Positions 51,197-62,169 of a DNA stretch of 64,000 bases are shown in pieces. The notes below the pieces were generated by a model. The model had not been told where the DNA came from. It made no database searches and saw only the letters and a list, made by a program, of their open reading frames with translations. Position 1 is the stretch's first letter, and the number at the start of each line of letters is the position of its first letter. The translations under genes were made by a program, and so were the position numbers. The stretch spans positions 736,001-800,000 of the forward strand of contig CAVYSW010000003.1 of assembly GCA_963771275.1 (NCBI GenBank). The letters run 5' to 3'. This DNA comes from an uncultured Gemmatimonadales bacterium (lineage in GTDB: Bacteria; Gemmatimonadota; Gemmatimonadetes; Gemmatimonadales; GWC2-71-9).

Positions 51197-52165
51197 ATGA
51201 CACAGCTCTCGCGCCGCAGCTTCGTGAGCGGCTCCGCTTCCTGCGCCGCGCATCTCGTCCTCGTCGCCGCGGTGACCCCGCGGGCGCTGCGCCGCCTGTG
51301 GGCGCAGGCCCAGCAGGAGGGGTCGGTGGTGGCCCGCGAGCCGTTCGGCTATCTCGAGCGAGTCACGGACGGCATCTGGGCGCTGATCTCGACACCGTTG
51401 AACGGCGACCGCACCACGGTGGCCAACGGCGGCATCGTGGCGGGCCGTGACGGCGTGCTGGCGATCGAGGGACTGTACCAGCCGCAGGGGGCGGCGTGGC
51501 TGGCCGGCAAGGCGCGGGAGCTGACCGGCCGCTGGCCCACGCACGTGGCCATCACGCACTACCACGCCGACCACGCCAACGGTGTCGCGGGCTACTTCAC
51601 CGACCAGGCGCGGCCAGCCGTCCGCGCGACCGGGACGACGCGCGACCTGGTGCTGGAGCGGAACCAGCCCGCCGACGAGCCGCGCACCGCGGCCTTCCAG
51701 GGCGCCGCGCTGCTGTCCGCCACCGATGCCACCGTGCTCGATCTGGGCGGCCGGGTCGTGCGGGTGATCCCGCGCAGCGGGCACACCGCGAGCGACGTCT
51801 CGCTCGAGATCGACGACCCGAGCGTCGTGTTCTGCGGCGACCTGTTCTGGAACGCGATGTTCCCGAACTACGTGGACGCGATGCCGACCGTGCTGGCCGC
51901 GTCGGCGCGAGCGCTGCGCCGCGCGCGGGAGACCGTCTACATCCCCGGGCACGGCGCCGTGGGTCGCGCGCCGGAGTACGATCGCTACACGGCCATGCTC
52001 GACGAGGTGGAACGGGCGGCCCGGCGCGCCCACGGCCAGGGGCTCAGCGCCGCGCAGGCGGGCGAGGCGTTCACGCTCCCGCCGTCGCTCGGGGAGTGGG
52101 CATTGTTCAACAAGGCGTTCTTCCAGCGCGCGTTCGAGGCATGGTACCGGGAGCTGAGCGGGTAG
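51197..52165 (+). CDS. Tat-exported metallo-beta-lactamase-fold hydrolase
   Basis: SRRSFV Tat motif; THYHADH, GHT, GDL, IPGHG. Confidence 0.85.
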   Translation: MTQLSRRSFVSGSASCAAHLVLVAAVTPRALRRLWAQAQQEGSVVAREPFGYLERVTDGIWALISTPLNGDRTTVANGGIVAGRDGVLAIEGLYQPQGAAWLAGKARELTGRWPTHVAITHYHADHANGVAGYFTDQARPAVRATGTTRDLVLERNQPADEPRTAAFQGAALLSATDATVLDLGGRVVRVIPRSGHTASDVSLEIDDPSVVFCGDLFWNAMFPNYVDAMPTVLAASARALRRARETVYIPGHGAVGRAPEYDRYTAMLDEVERAARRAHGQGLSAAQAGEAFTLPPSLGEWALFNKAFFQRAFEAWYRELSG

Positions 52166-52199
52166 CGCGGCGGGGCGCCGACACCGCCGAGGGGGGCTG

Positions 52200-52955
52200 A
52201 TGTCCTGGGGCCGCTCGAGGTCACGCTCCCGCGTGCGCCCCGTGATCGCCGCCGCGCTGCTGCTGGCCGTGACATTCGCCTGCGGCGACCCGCATCCGGC
52301 CGGGAGCACCGTGCGCGTGCTCTTCGTCGGGAACAGTCTCACCGTTGCCAACGATCTCCCGGGTCTCGTCGGGGCGCTGGCGGAAGCCGGCGGCGCGGTC
52401 ACGATCACGACCCGCGACGTGAGCCAGGGGGGCTACTCGCTTGAGGACCACTGGGCGACGCCCGCGTCGCGCGACGCGCTCGCCCAAGGCGGCTGGGACG
52501 TGGTGGTGCTGCAGCAGGGCCCGTCGGCGCTGCCCGAGAGCCAGGTGGACCTGGCCCAGTGGGCCGGCACCTGGGCGGACGCGATCCGCGCGGAGGGGGG
52601 GACACCGGCTCTCTCCATGGTGTGGCCCGAGCGCGCACGCCTCAGCGCGTTCGACTCGGTGAGCACGTCCTATCGGAACGCGGCTCAGCAGGCCACCGCG
52701 CAGCTCTACCCCGTGGGCGACGCCTGGCAGGCCGCGTGGCGGCGCGACCCGACGCTCGCGCTCTACGGACCCGACGACTTCCATCCCAGCCTGATGGGAA
52801 GCTACCTCGCGGCGCTCGTCATCTACCGCGGGATCACCGGCCGCGATCCCCCGTCGCTGGACATCGGCATTCCGGCGCAGTTCGAGTCGACCCTTCAGGC
52901 CGCGGCACGCGACGTGGCGGCCGCCACCGCCCCGCCGGCATCGGCGAGGTACTGA
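52200..52955 (+). CDS. SGNH/GDSL-like hydrolase lipoprotein
   Basis: RVLFVGNSLT, WDVVVLQQ, DDFHPS. Confidence 0.78.
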   Translation: MSWGRSRSRSRVRPVIAAALLLAVTFACGDPHPAGSTVRVLFVGNSLTVANDLPGLVGALAEAGGAVTITTRDVSQGGYSLEDHWATPASRDALAQGGWDVVVLQQGPSALPESQVDLAQWAGTWADAIRAEGGTPALSMVWPERARLSAFDSVSTSYRNAAQQATAQLYPVGDAWQAAWRRDPTLALYGPDDFHPSLMGSYLAALVIYRGITGRDPPSLDIGIPAQFESTLQAAARDVAAATAPPASARY

Positions 52956-53040
52956 GCCCATTCCACAGGCGTCGCTCACCCGGACTTGTCCGAATCCCCC
53001 GGGCCCCACACCTTAGACCACCTTCCCCGAGGATCACGCG

Positions 53041-53436
53041 ATGGCTCATCCCGACCCCGACCCCATTCTCGCGCCGCTCAAGGGCGCGGAGCACCGCGAA
53101 GCTGGCGGTGTCGAGCTCGATATCGCCCACGTCGGGGCGGGGCGCCTCAAGCGCGCGGTCTATCCTCCGGGGTTCCGCTGGTCGATCGACATGAAGCCGC
53201 TGGTGGGCACCGACCTCTGCATGCATGCGCACGTGGGCTTCCTGGCGCGCGGGCGGATCGGGATACGCTACCGCGACGGCTGCACGAAGGAGTTCACGGC
53301 GCCTCAGGTGGTGGCCATCGAGCCGGGGCATGACGGCTGGGTCGTGGGCGACGAGCAGGCGGTGCTGATCGAGTTCGACTTCGCGGGCGACACGGCGCGC
53401 CGGTTCGGGATGGCCGAGGAGCACCGTCACGCCTGA
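53041..53436 (+). CDS. Cupin-domain protein
   Basis: PGFRWS...C..AHVG...IEPGHDGWVVGDE. Confidence 0.78.
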   Translation: MAHPDPDPILAPLKGAEHREAGGVELDIAHVGAGRLKRAVYPPGFRWSIDMKPLVGTDLCMHAHVGFLARGRIGIRYRDGCTKEFTAPQVVAIEPGHDGWVVGDEQAVLIEFDFAGDTARRFGMAEEHRHA

Positions 53437-53442
53437 GCGACC

Positions 53443-55772
53443 TCACCGCCCCGGTCTGCCGCCCGCGTCTCTCGGCCGCATCTCGTACTCGCGTGGCGGC
53501 TCGGCGCCGAGCAGGTAGCGCACGAAGTAGTCCCAGCGGCGCCGCACCATGTACGGCTCGCCGCCGAATCCGTGGCGGCGGTTGGGCAGCGCCAGCAGGT
53601 CGAAGTCCTTGTTGGCCGCGATCAGCGAGTCGACCACCACCAGCGTGTTGTACGGCGGCACGTTGTTGTCCATCGTGCCGTAGGCAAGCAGCAGCCTGCC
53701 CTTGAGGCTCCTGGCCACGTTCTGGTTGGCCTGATTGTCGTAGTTGGTGGTGCCGTCGGGGTTGCGCACCAGCAGCCCCTGCCACTTCTCGCCCCAATCG
53801 TCCTCGTAGATGCGGTTGTCGTGGTTGCCGGCTTCCGAAATGCCGACCTTGAAGAAGTCCGGGTAGCGGAACATCGCGTCGGCGGCGGCGTACCCGCCGC
53901 CCGAATGCCCGTAGATCCCCGCGCGATCGAGGTCGATCCAGCGGTACCGCGCCGCCAGCTGGCGCATGCCGGCGACCTGATCCGGCAGCCCGTTGTCGCC
54001 CATGGCGCCGTAGTACGCGGCGTGGAACGCCTGGGACCGCATCGGCGTCCCCATCGCGTCGATCTCCACCACGACGAAGCCCAGCTCCGCCAGCGCCTGC
54101 GCGTCGCCGCGCGCCGCCGAGAAGCTCCGGCCTCCCGACGCTCCCGGTCTGCGGGCCCGGGATAGATGTGGTTGACGATCGGGTACTTCGCGGCGGAATC
54201 GAGGCGGGTAGGCACGAACATCAGCCCGTAGAGATCCGTCTTCCCGTCCCGCGCCGTCACCGTGATCGGCACCGGGGGCTTCCAGCCGGTGGCGAGCAGA
54301 CTCGCGATGTCGGCCTGCTCGAGCGTGGCGAGCGTCTTGCCCGTCGCATCACGCAGCAGCGACACCGGCGCCGTGGTGGGCGTGGAGTAGACGTCCACGA
54401 AGTAGCGGCCCGACGGCGACAGCGTGACTTCGTGGTCGGCCGCCTCCGGCGTGAGGAGCGTGAGACCGGTACCGTCGAACCGCACGCTGTAGAACCGCCG
54501 GAAGTACGGATCGCCCGGCTCGCGGCCCGCGCCGGTAAACCAGAGGGTGCGCTGGGCGTCGTCCACCCGCAGCACCTGGAGCACGTTCCACGCGCCGCTC
54601 GTGACCGGGTGCTTCAGCCGCCCCGTCGCGAGATCGTAGAGGTACAGGTGCCCCCAGTCGGAGCGCTCCGAGAACCACAGCAGCTCGTTCGTGCCAAACA
54701 GCGCGTGCCAGTTGACGCGGTTGAACCCCGACTCGAAGAACGTCGGGGTCGTCTCCTCCAGCACGTCGCGCACCGCGCCGGTCGCGGGATCCGCGACCCG
54801 CACCTGCTCGCGCTGGTGATCCCGCGACGTCGACACGAAGATCAACTGTGAGCCGTCGGGGCTCCACTCGACGTCCGCCCAGTCGCCGCCACGGCACGCG
54901 ATATGGTCGCACAGGCTCGAGCGGTGCTGATCGGGCGGCATCTGGAGCCGGACGACCCGTGGCCCGTCCAGCTCGATGATCACCCGCTCGATCATCGAGA
55001 CGATGCTGTCCCCGGGGAGCGGGTACTTCCATTGCTCGAGCACGGGATGGCCCACCCGCGTTTGCACCACGTACATCTCCCCCACCCCGCGCTGGTCCTG
55101 CTGGAACGTCGCAATCCGCTTCGCGTCGGGAGACCACAGCAGGATCGGCCGGTCGCTCCTGACCCAGCCGGCGTTGTCGGTCGCATAGCCGAAGTCCGCG
55201 ACGCCGTCGGTCGTGAGCGGCGTCTCCGTGCCGGAAGCCGCGTCGCGAATCCACAGGTTGTTGTCGCGGATGAACGCCGCCTTGGTGCTGTCGGGTGACA
55301 CCACCGCGGTGCGTGGCGCGCGCGCGCGCCGCCCCGTCTCCGCCGCGCACCGGGCCCCGCGCGCGTCGCACGTCCAGCGGCGGCCCGCGGCGTCGAACAC
55401 GATCGCGCGGCGGTCCGCCGAAAACGCGAACTGCGTGAACGGCAGGTGGAACGGATCGTACGTCGTGTCGGACGCCCGCGAGAGCGCCGCGGCCAGCGCG
55501 ACGTGGTCGAAGGCGCGCGCCCGGGTCCGCCGTCCCGGATCGACCATGACGAACTCGTTGCCTTCCGGAATCGCGTTGCGGTACCAGAACCGGTCGCCCG
55601 CGAGCCAGGTGGGGCGCACGGCCCCGCGGTAGACCAGCGGCGTCGTGTTGTATCCCATGAACCGCTCGGCCCGGGCGTAGTCGTCGGCCGTGAGCGCGCG
55701 CGGGGCGGGCTGCTGCGCGGCGACGGAGTGGACGGCGGCGAAGGCCGCGAGCAGTATCGCACGGTATCGCAT
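53443..55772 (-). CDS. S9B dipeptidyl-peptidase IV family peptidase, frameshifted near 54130-54158
   Basis: DPP IV N-terminal propeller up to IYPGP; catalytic part GIYGHSGGG, DNNV, RHG in a second frame; two apparent extra bases in CCC/GGG runs. Confidence 0.85.
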
Positions 55773-55943
55773 CGTGACCTGCGTGGTGAGGGGGTGCCTG
55801 ATCGGGACCGCGTCAAAGTATGCCGGCGCGCGCAACACCCGGCAACCGCCGCGGGCTCCCTCCCTTGCCCTCCGCCTGTACCCCGCTGCAGGTTCCCCCG
55901 GCCACCAGCCCGGACGCGCCTGGCGTACACCGAGAGAACTCAC

Positions 55944-57035
55944 ATGCGGACGCTGCTCACGCTGCTCGCGATCCCGTCACTTGTCACGGCCTGCAGTGCC
56001 GGACCCGAGGGATTGGGCGACGCCGGGGAGGCCCGCGTCGCCGCGTTGCTGGGCGACTACACGGGCGGCGACCGCCCCGGCGCGTGCCTGCTGGCGCGCC
56101 GTGGGGGCGCGGTCGTCTACCAGCGCTGCTTCGGGTTGGCCGAGCTGGAGACGGGCCGGGCGGCGACGCCCGAGACCAACTTCCGGCTGGCCTCGCTCAC
56201 CAAGCAGTTCACCGCCACGGCCGTGCTCCGGCTCGTGCAGAACGGCGCGCTGACGACGACGACCACGCTGCGCGAGGTATTCCCCGACTTCCCGCCCTAC
56301 GGCACCGCGATCACGCTGCACCACCTCATGACGCACACGTCCGGGCTGATCGATTACGAGGATCTGCTGGGGGCGGACACCACGGAGCAGATCATGGATG
56401 CCGGCGTGCTTGCCTTGATGATCGCCCAGGACTCCACCTACTTCCCGCCGGGCAGCGCGTTCCGCTACAGCAACTCGGCCTACGCGGTGCTGGCGCAGGT
56501 CGTCGAGCGGCGGAGCGGGATGCCGTTCGCGCGCTACCTCGAAACGACGATCTTCGATCCGCTCGGCATGACGAACACCGTGGCGCACGAAGCCGGCGTC
56601 ACCACCGTGGCGCACCGCGCGTACGGCTACTCCCGTCTGGCCGACGGGACGTGGGCCCGCACCGACCAGAGCCCCACCAGCGCGGTGCTGGGTGACGGGG
56701 GGATCTACTCGTCGCTCACGGACCTGAGCCGCTGGCTGGCGGTCATGGAGGGCCGCGCGCGGCTGCTCGATCCGGCGATCGCGGCGCGCGCCGTCGAGGA
56801 GGCGCGGCTCAACGACGGGGCGGGGGCGGGCTACGGGTATGGGTGGTTCCTCGACGAGTACCGCGGCCACCGACGATACCGGCACGAGGGCAGCACCATC
56901 GGGTTCCGTAACGCCGTCCAACGGCTGCCCGACGTCGACCTGACGGTGCTGTTGCTCTCCAATCGCAACGGGATCGACTCGACGCTGGCGGACGCGCTGG
57001 TGGACGTGTTGCTGGAGCGCTACCGGGGGTCCTGA
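55944..57035 (+). CDS. Serine hydrolase (class C beta-lactamase / D-Ala carboxypeptidase-like) lipoprotein
   Basis: FRLASLTKQF (SxxK), LMTHTSG, FRYSN, HEG. Confidence 0.88.
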   Translation: MRTLLTLLAIPSLVTACSAGPEGLGDAGEARVAALLGDYTGGDRPGACLLARRGGAVVYQRCFGLAELETGRAATPETNFRLASLTKQFTATAVLRLVQNGALTTTTTLREVFPDFPPYGTAITLHHLMTHTSGLIDYEDLLGADTTEQIMDAGVLALMIAQDSTYFPPGSAFRYSNSAYAVLAQVVERRSGMPFARYLETTIFDPLGMTNTVAHEAGVTTVAHRAYGYSRLADGTWARTDQSPTSAVLGDGGIYSSLTDLSRWLAVMEGRARLLDPAIAARAVEEARLNDGAGAGYGYGWFLDEYRGHRRYRHEGSTIGFRNAVQRLPDVDLTVLLLSNRNGIDSTLADALVDVLLERYRGS

Positions 57036-57216
57036 TCGCCTCCGGGGACGCGCCGCCCCGCGCGGGGCATTGCCGACAATTTCACCCCCTGTTTCGCCCC
57101 CGACGCGGCCCGTAGCTTTGGGAGGGCCGCGATTCGAGATTGCTATCACGGTTTCGCGGCAGGGTGGCGTCATCTCCCGGGACCGGGGGGGCCGCCCCAG
57201 TCCCAGGCGGGGAACG

Positions 57217-58722
57217 ATGCAGATCATCTGCGTGTCGCGCGGGTCGCTGTCGCGCGGGAAGGAGCTCGCGCAGCTCCTCGCCGCGAAGCTGGACTTCGCG
57301 CTGCTCAGCCGTGAGGACCTGACCGAGGCGGCCATCAAGGAGGGCATCCAGGTCGGGAAGCTCGAGACCAGCATGATGAAACCGGGCCGGTTCACCGAGC
57401 GCCTGGCCCGCGAGCGGGATCATTTCCTCGCCTTCTGCACCGCCTACCTCTGCGACAAGATCCGGGACGCGCCGCTGGTCTACCACGGCCGGACCGGGCA
57501 TCTCCTGCTCCGCGGGGTCGGCAACGTGCTCCGCATCCGCGTGGTGGCCGACGAGGAGTATCGCATCCAGGCGGCGATGCGGAACCTGGGCGTCGATCGG
57601 GAAAAGGCTCGCCGCTACCTGACCGAGGTCGAGACCGACCGGCGCAACTGGGTGCGCTTCATGTACGCCGTCTCGTGGGAGGACGCGCTGCAGTACGACG
57701 TGACGGTGAACGTCGAGCAGATGCACGTCGCGAACGCCGCCTCCGCGCTCGTGAGCATGGCGCAGCTCCCGGACTTTCAGATGACCCCCGCGTCCCGGCG
57801 GGCGCTGGACGAGCTTTACCTCTGCGCCAAGGCGCGCCTGCTGCTGGCCCGCGACGAGCACACGTTCCGGGCCGGCTTCTCGGTGAAGATCCACGACGGA
57901 GTGCTGACGGTCACCTACCTCCCGAAGGACGTGGAGGTGGCCGACGACGTCGCCCGGGTACTGGGGCCGCTGGAGGGGGTCCGGGAGATCCGCTCCACCA
58001 TGGCGACCACGAACATCCTCTGGGTCCAGGAGGCGTTCGATCCGCGCTCGGAGACGTTCGACGAGGTGGTGGAGATCGCGCGGAAGTGGAATGCGGCGGT
58101 CGAGCTGGTGCGCTACGCCGTCGGCGGCGCGACCGGGGAGCCCGCACCGGGCGCCGGGCCGGCGGCAGCCGCCCAGCGCACCGCCGAGGCGGGCATCGAA
58201 GACGACGTGGAGGAGGACGTCCCCGACCAGGGCGGTCTCAAGGCCACGCTCGACGAGCTGGCGAAGGTCGGGAGATCCGGCGGAGGACGCAGCGTCTCCG
58301 GCGAGCGCGCGCACCTGCTGGCGTCCTGCTGCAACTCCGTGCCGTACTCGTTGGTCGTGGTGGGGAACCTGTTTCTCGACAAGGGGCGGGCCGCCAAGGT
58401 CCGGCTGACCCGTGAGCTCCAGGACTCGATCGGCAGTCGCATGCGGATTCCCGTCGTGACGGCCGACGAGCTGCGGGCTCACTACCTGTTCGGCCGGCGG
58501 GATCTGGTCCGGCTCGTCGGATTCCTCGCGTTGGTCGCGGCGCTCTACGTGGTCGTGTTCGCCAACCAGGCGCAGGTTCTGGAGTTCCTGTCGATCGGAC
58601 TCACGGGACGGCCGCTCGCCAAGGCGCTCGTGGCCGCCGCGGTGTTCCTCCTGAGCCCGATCATCGCGATCTCCTACGGCACCGTGGCGCGCTCGGTGAT
58701 GAAGCTGATCAAGATGGAATGA
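57217..58722 (+). CDS. Cytidylate-kinase-like family protein with C-terminal extension and two TM helices
   Basis: IICVSRGSLSRGKELA, VYHGR, LRIRVVA, YDVTVN; hydrophobic C-terminal helices. Confidence 0.75.
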   Translation: MQIICVSRGSLSRGKELAQLLAAKLDFALLSREDLTEAAIKEGIQVGKLETSMMKPGRFTERLARERDHFLAFCTAYLCDKIRDAPLVYHGRTGHLLLRGVGNVLRIRVVADEEYRIQAAMRNLGVDREKARRYLTEVETDRRNWVRFMYAVSWEDALQYDVTVNVEQMHVANAASALVSMAQLPDFQMTPASRRALDELYLCAKARLLLARDEHTFRAGFSVKIHDGVLTVTYLPKDVEVADDVARVLGPLEGVREIRSTMATTNILWVQEAFDPRSETFDEVVEIARKWNAAVELVRYAVGGATGEPAPGAGPAAAAQRTAEAGIEDDVEEDVPDQGGLKATLDELAKVGRSGGGRSVSGERAHLLASCCNSVPYSLVVVGNLFLDKGRAAKVRLTRELQDSIGSRMRIPVVTADELRAHYLFGRRDLVRLVGFLALVAALYVVVFANQAQVLEFLSIGLTGRPLAKALVAAAVFLLSPIIAISYGTVARSVMKLIKME

Positions 58723-58750
58723 CCGCCCGCGCGGGGCGAAAGAGGACGGC

Positions 58751-59848
58751 ATGATGGACCCGGTTCTGCTGCACCAGCACTTCGTCAACATCGACATGTT
58801 CGAAGCGTTGCAGGTCGTCGTCCTCGGGCTGATCGGCGGCACGCTGTCGGGCTTCATCGGCAGCGGCGGTGCGTTCTTCATGACGCCGGGCATGATGAAT
58901 CTCGGCGTGCCCGGCGTGGTGGCGGTCGGCAGCAACATCACGCACAAGTTCGGGAAGGCCATGATCGGCTCGCGGAAGCACAGCGAGCTGGGCAACGTGG
59001 ATAAACGCCTGGGGGCGTTTCTCATCGTGACGTCGTTCATCGGCATCGAGATCGCCGTCTGGATCAACAGCAAGCTGTTCGAGGGGGCGGACGGGCACGG
59101 CATGGGCGGCAGCGCGGCGGCCGACCTCTACATCAGCATGGTGTTCATGTGCATCCTCTCGGTGGTCGCGATCTCGATGCTGCGGGACGCGTTGCGCTCG
59201 GGCAGCCTGCAGGGCGAGGTGGGGCCGTCGATGCGGATCGCCCGCTTCCTCGCGAGCCTGCACCTGCCGCCGTATGTCTCCTTCCCGGTCGCCGACGTGC
59301 GCGTCTCACTCTGGATCCTCATGCTGGTCGGGTTGGCGACGGGCTACCTCGCGGGCACCATCGGCGTCGGGGGGTTCATCGGCGTGCCCTCGATGATCTA
59401 CGTGTTCGGCGTGCCCACGGCGGTGGCGGCCGGCACGGAGCTCTATCTGGCCGTGTTCATGGGCGGCTGGGGCGCGCTCAACTACGCCTTCCAGGGGTTC
59501 GTGGACATCCGGCTGACCATGCTGCTGTACCTGGGATCGCTCGTGGGCATCTACGTCGGCGTGTACGGCACGAAGGTCGTGAAGGAGATCGTCATCCGGA
59601 TCGTGACAGGCGTCATCATCCTGCTGTGCGTCGTGAGCCGCGCCGTGGCCGTGCCCGCCTATCTGCGGCAGCTCGGCTGGCTCGACACGGACCCGGCCTG
59701 GGACGTGTACTACAACACCGCCAGCAAGGTGATGCTGTTCGTCGCGGGGATCGCGGGATGCCTGATCATCTTCTACCACGTGATCCGGTCGTACCGGCAG
59801 CGACTTCGCCTGCAGCATCAGCTCACCGAAGCGCGGGCGGCGGCGTGA
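58751..59848 (+). CDS. TauE/SafE (TSUP) family sulfite/organosulfur exporter
   Basis: GGTLSGFIGSGGAF and GTIGVGGFIGVP repeats; AAGTEL; multiple TMs. Confidence 0.88.
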   Translation: MMDPVLLHQHFVNIDMFEALQVVVLGLIGGTLSGFIGSGGAFFMTPGMMNLGVPGVVAVGSNITHKFGKAMIGSRKHSELGNVDKRLGAFLIVTSFIGIEIAVWINSKLFEGADGHGMGGSAAADLYISMVFMCILSVVAISMLRDALRSGSLQGEVGPSMRIARFLASLHLPPYVSFPVADVRVSLWILMLVGLATGYLAGTIGVGGFIGVPSMIYVFGVPTAVAAGTELYLAVFMGGWGALNYAFQGFVDIRLTMLLYLGSLVGIYVGVYGTKVVKEIVIRIVTGVIILLCVVSRAVAVPAYLRQLGWLDTDPAWDVYYNTASKVMLFVAGIAGCLIIFYHVIRSYRQRLRLQHQLTEARAAA

Positions 59849-59864
59849 GCAGAGAGGAGGGCGC

Positions 59865-60470
59865 ATGGGAGGCGTGAAGAAGAAGATCGAGGACTGGATG
59901 GTCAGGGTCTCGTTCGCGGAGGCGGACGCGGCCGACGAGGGGTTCGCGGTCACGGGGATGGAAGTGGACAGAAAGACCAGGCTCGCGCTGGATCGCGTCA
60001 AGATCGTGCGGAGCGAACGGACGGCAGGCGGGCAGACGGGGGACACCATGGCAGGCGCGGATGAGGAGACCGGCGAAGCCGGCGGCGGGGCGCTGAGCGT
60101 ACTGATCCTCGACGACGAGCCGATCGTGGGGAAGCGGCTGCGCCCACAGCTGGAGAAGGCGGGATTCGAGGTCGAGTGCTTCGAGTCCCCCACCGAGGCC
60201 CTGGCCCGCATCGAGCAGAAGGAGTTCGACATCGTGGTCACGGACCTGCGGATGGAGGGGATGGACGGCATCCAGATCCTCGAGCACATCATGGAACACT
60301 GCAAGCGGACTCGGGTGATCCTCATCACCGGCTACGCCACGGTGGAGGTGGCCCGCGAGGCCCTGGTGAAGGGCGCCTTCGACTTCATCGCGAAGCCGTT
60401 CAAGCCCAAGGATCTGCGCGCCGTGGTCAGCAAGGCCGCACTCTCGCTCGGGCACAAGGCGGTTCTCTAG
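59865..60470 (+). CDS. Single receiver-domain response regulator with a 60-aa N-terminal extension
   Basis: GAGGAGG RBS; ILDDE, VTDLRM, ITGY, KPF; alternative start at 60048. Confidence 0.82.
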   Translation: MGGVKKKIEDWMVRVSFAEADAADEGFAVTGMEVDRKTRLALDRVKIVRSERTAGGQTGDTMAGADEETGEAGGGALSVLILDDEPIVGKRLRPQLEKAGFEVECFESPTEALARIEQKEFDIVVTDLRMEGMDGIQILEHIMEHCKRTRVILITGYATVEVAREALVKGAFDFIAKPFKPKDLRAVVSKAALSLGHKAVL

Positions 60471-60475
60471 GCCGC

Positions 60476-61984
60476 TTGCCGCCGGCCACGGAGGGGAACG
60501 ACTCGACGCTGGGCGCGGTCGCCGAGGAGGCCCAGCGCGCGCTGCGCGCGCGGCCCTCCCTTTCGATCCGCAACCGGCTGACCGTCGGCTTCCTGCTGTG
60601 GTTCGCCTTGAGCCTCGGCATCACGCTGGTCTCGATCCTCCTGATCGGCCGCATCGAGACCAAGCTGCAGATCGTCGGGGCCGTCGACCGCTACACCTTC
60701 GAGATCCAGCAGGCCCGCCGCTTCGAGAAGAACTACTTCCTGTACCACACCAATCTGTTCGACGCCCTGGAGCAGGTGCGCGCCGCCCAGGCCATCCTCG
60801 AGCGGGAGAGCAGCAGCATGGCCGCGGTGATCGGCCAGGCGTCGGTGGACTCGATGCGGGTCCGGGTGCGCCGCTACGAGGAGCTGCTCGCGCAGCTCCA
60901 GCCGCTCGATCCGCTCACGGAGGCCGCCCGGATCGGCGAGATCGAGGCGGGCCTCCGGCGCTATGGAGCCGAGATGGTGGAGGTGGCCGAGGATCTGGCC
61001 ACCAAGGAACGGCACTCCGTGGATGCGATGCTGCGGATGTCGCAGCGTATCGCGGTGGCGTTTCTCGTCGTGCTGCTGCTCCTGATCATCCGGCTGGCCG
61101 CGTTCATCGCCCGGCAGATGCTCGCGCCACTCAACCGCATCATGCTCGCCACGCGCCGCATCGCGGAGGGGAACCTGACCCCCATCACGCCCAAGCGGCG
61201 ATACCGCGACGAGTTTTCGGAGCTGGCGCTGGCCATCAACTACATGATGCACGAGCTGGTGCGGCGCCAGGAGCTCCTCGTGCACACCCATAAGCTCAAG
61301 GCGATCGGCACCCTCACCGCCGGCGTGGCGCACGAGCTGAACAACCCGATCAACAACATCATGCTGACGGCCGCCGCGCTGCAGGAGGACTACGCGGAGC
61401 TCCCCGACGCGGAGCGGCTCGACATGGTGCGCGACATGGTGAGCGAGTCGGAGCGGGCCCGCGACATCGTGCGGAACCTGCTCGACTTCGCACGCCAGAG
61501 CGAGGTCGAGCTGACGCCGCTCGATGTCGAAGAGATCATCGGCGACACGCTGCAGCTGGCCGCCAACCACGTCAAGCTCGCCAAGGTGAAGGTACGGGGC
61601 GAGGTGGAAGAGAACTTGCCATCCGTCCACGGCGACCGGCATCAGTTGACGCAGGTGTTCCTCAACCTCGTGCTCAACGCGCTCGATGCCATGCCCGGCG
61701 GCGGGACACTGACCATCGCCGTGGCGAAGGCGGACGATCGGAACTTCATGGACATCGCGTTCAGCGACACCGGCGTGGGGATCCCCAAGCAATACCTGGG
61801 CAGCATCTTCGATCCGTTCTTCAGCTCGAAGAAGAACGCCAAAGGTACCGGCCTCGGCCTCAGCGTCTCCCTCGGCATCATCAACCAGCACGGCGGCACG
61901 ATTCGCGTGGCGAGCGAGGTGGGGAAAGGCACGACGTTCACGGTCTCCCTGCCGATCGCGCGCGTCCCGGCCGCGATTCCGTAG
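60476..61984 (+). CDS. HAMP-domain sensor histidine kinase (NtrB-like)
   Basis: Two TMs, HAMP, GVAHELNNP H-box, QVFLNLVLNA, DTGVGI, FDPFF, GTGLGL; start uncertain (TTG 60476). Confidence 0.9.
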   Translation: MPPATEGNDSTLGAVAEEAQRALRARPSLSIRNRLTVGFLLWFALSLGITLVSILLIGRIETKLQIVGAVDRYTFEIQQARRFEKNYFLYHTNLFDALEQVRAAQAILERESSSMAAVIGQASVDSMRVRVRRYEELLAQLQPLDPLTEAARIGEIEAGLRRYGAEMVEVAEDLATKERHSVDAMLRMSQRIAVAFLVVLLLLIIRLAAFIARQMLAPLNRIMLATRRIAEGNLTPITPKRRYRDEFSELALAINYMMHELVRRQELLVHTHKLKAIGTLTAGVAHELNNPINNIMLTAAALQEDYAELPDAERLDMVRDMVSESERARDIVRNLLDFARQSEVELTPLDVEEIIGDTLQLAANHVKLAKVKVRGEVEENLPSVHGDRHQLTQVFLNLVLNALDAMPGGGTLTIAVAKADDRNFMDIAFSDTGVGIPKQYLGSIFDPFFSSKKNAKGTGLGLSVSLGIINQHGGTIRVASEVGKGTTFTVSLPIARVPAAIP

Positions 61985-62169
61985 CGCCGTCCCTCCGGCA
62001 CGCCGCGCCGCCTTGCCCCGGCAACCGGCTCCCGACAGCTTGGAGGACCCGGCGCGCAACCTGCAACGCGCGTTCGCCATCATCCTGCCGTGTATGGCCG
62101 CACACATGTGGGTTCACGGTCTGGCGCGACAAGGGACGGCGGGACGTGAGACCGGGAGGCGGCGGCGGC

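Noticed and set aside
51197..57035. MBL-fold and serine beta-lactamase-like genes as antibiotic resistance determinants
   Set aside because: Only superfamily motifs are visible; both folds are mostly non-resistance hydrolases.
57125..57145. Possible sigma-54 promoter upstream of the TauE cluster (also considered near 33245)
   Set aside because: At 57125-57145 the -12 TTGC is present but the invariant -24 GG is not at the right spacing; near 33245 the -24 TGGC is present but the -12 GC is missing.
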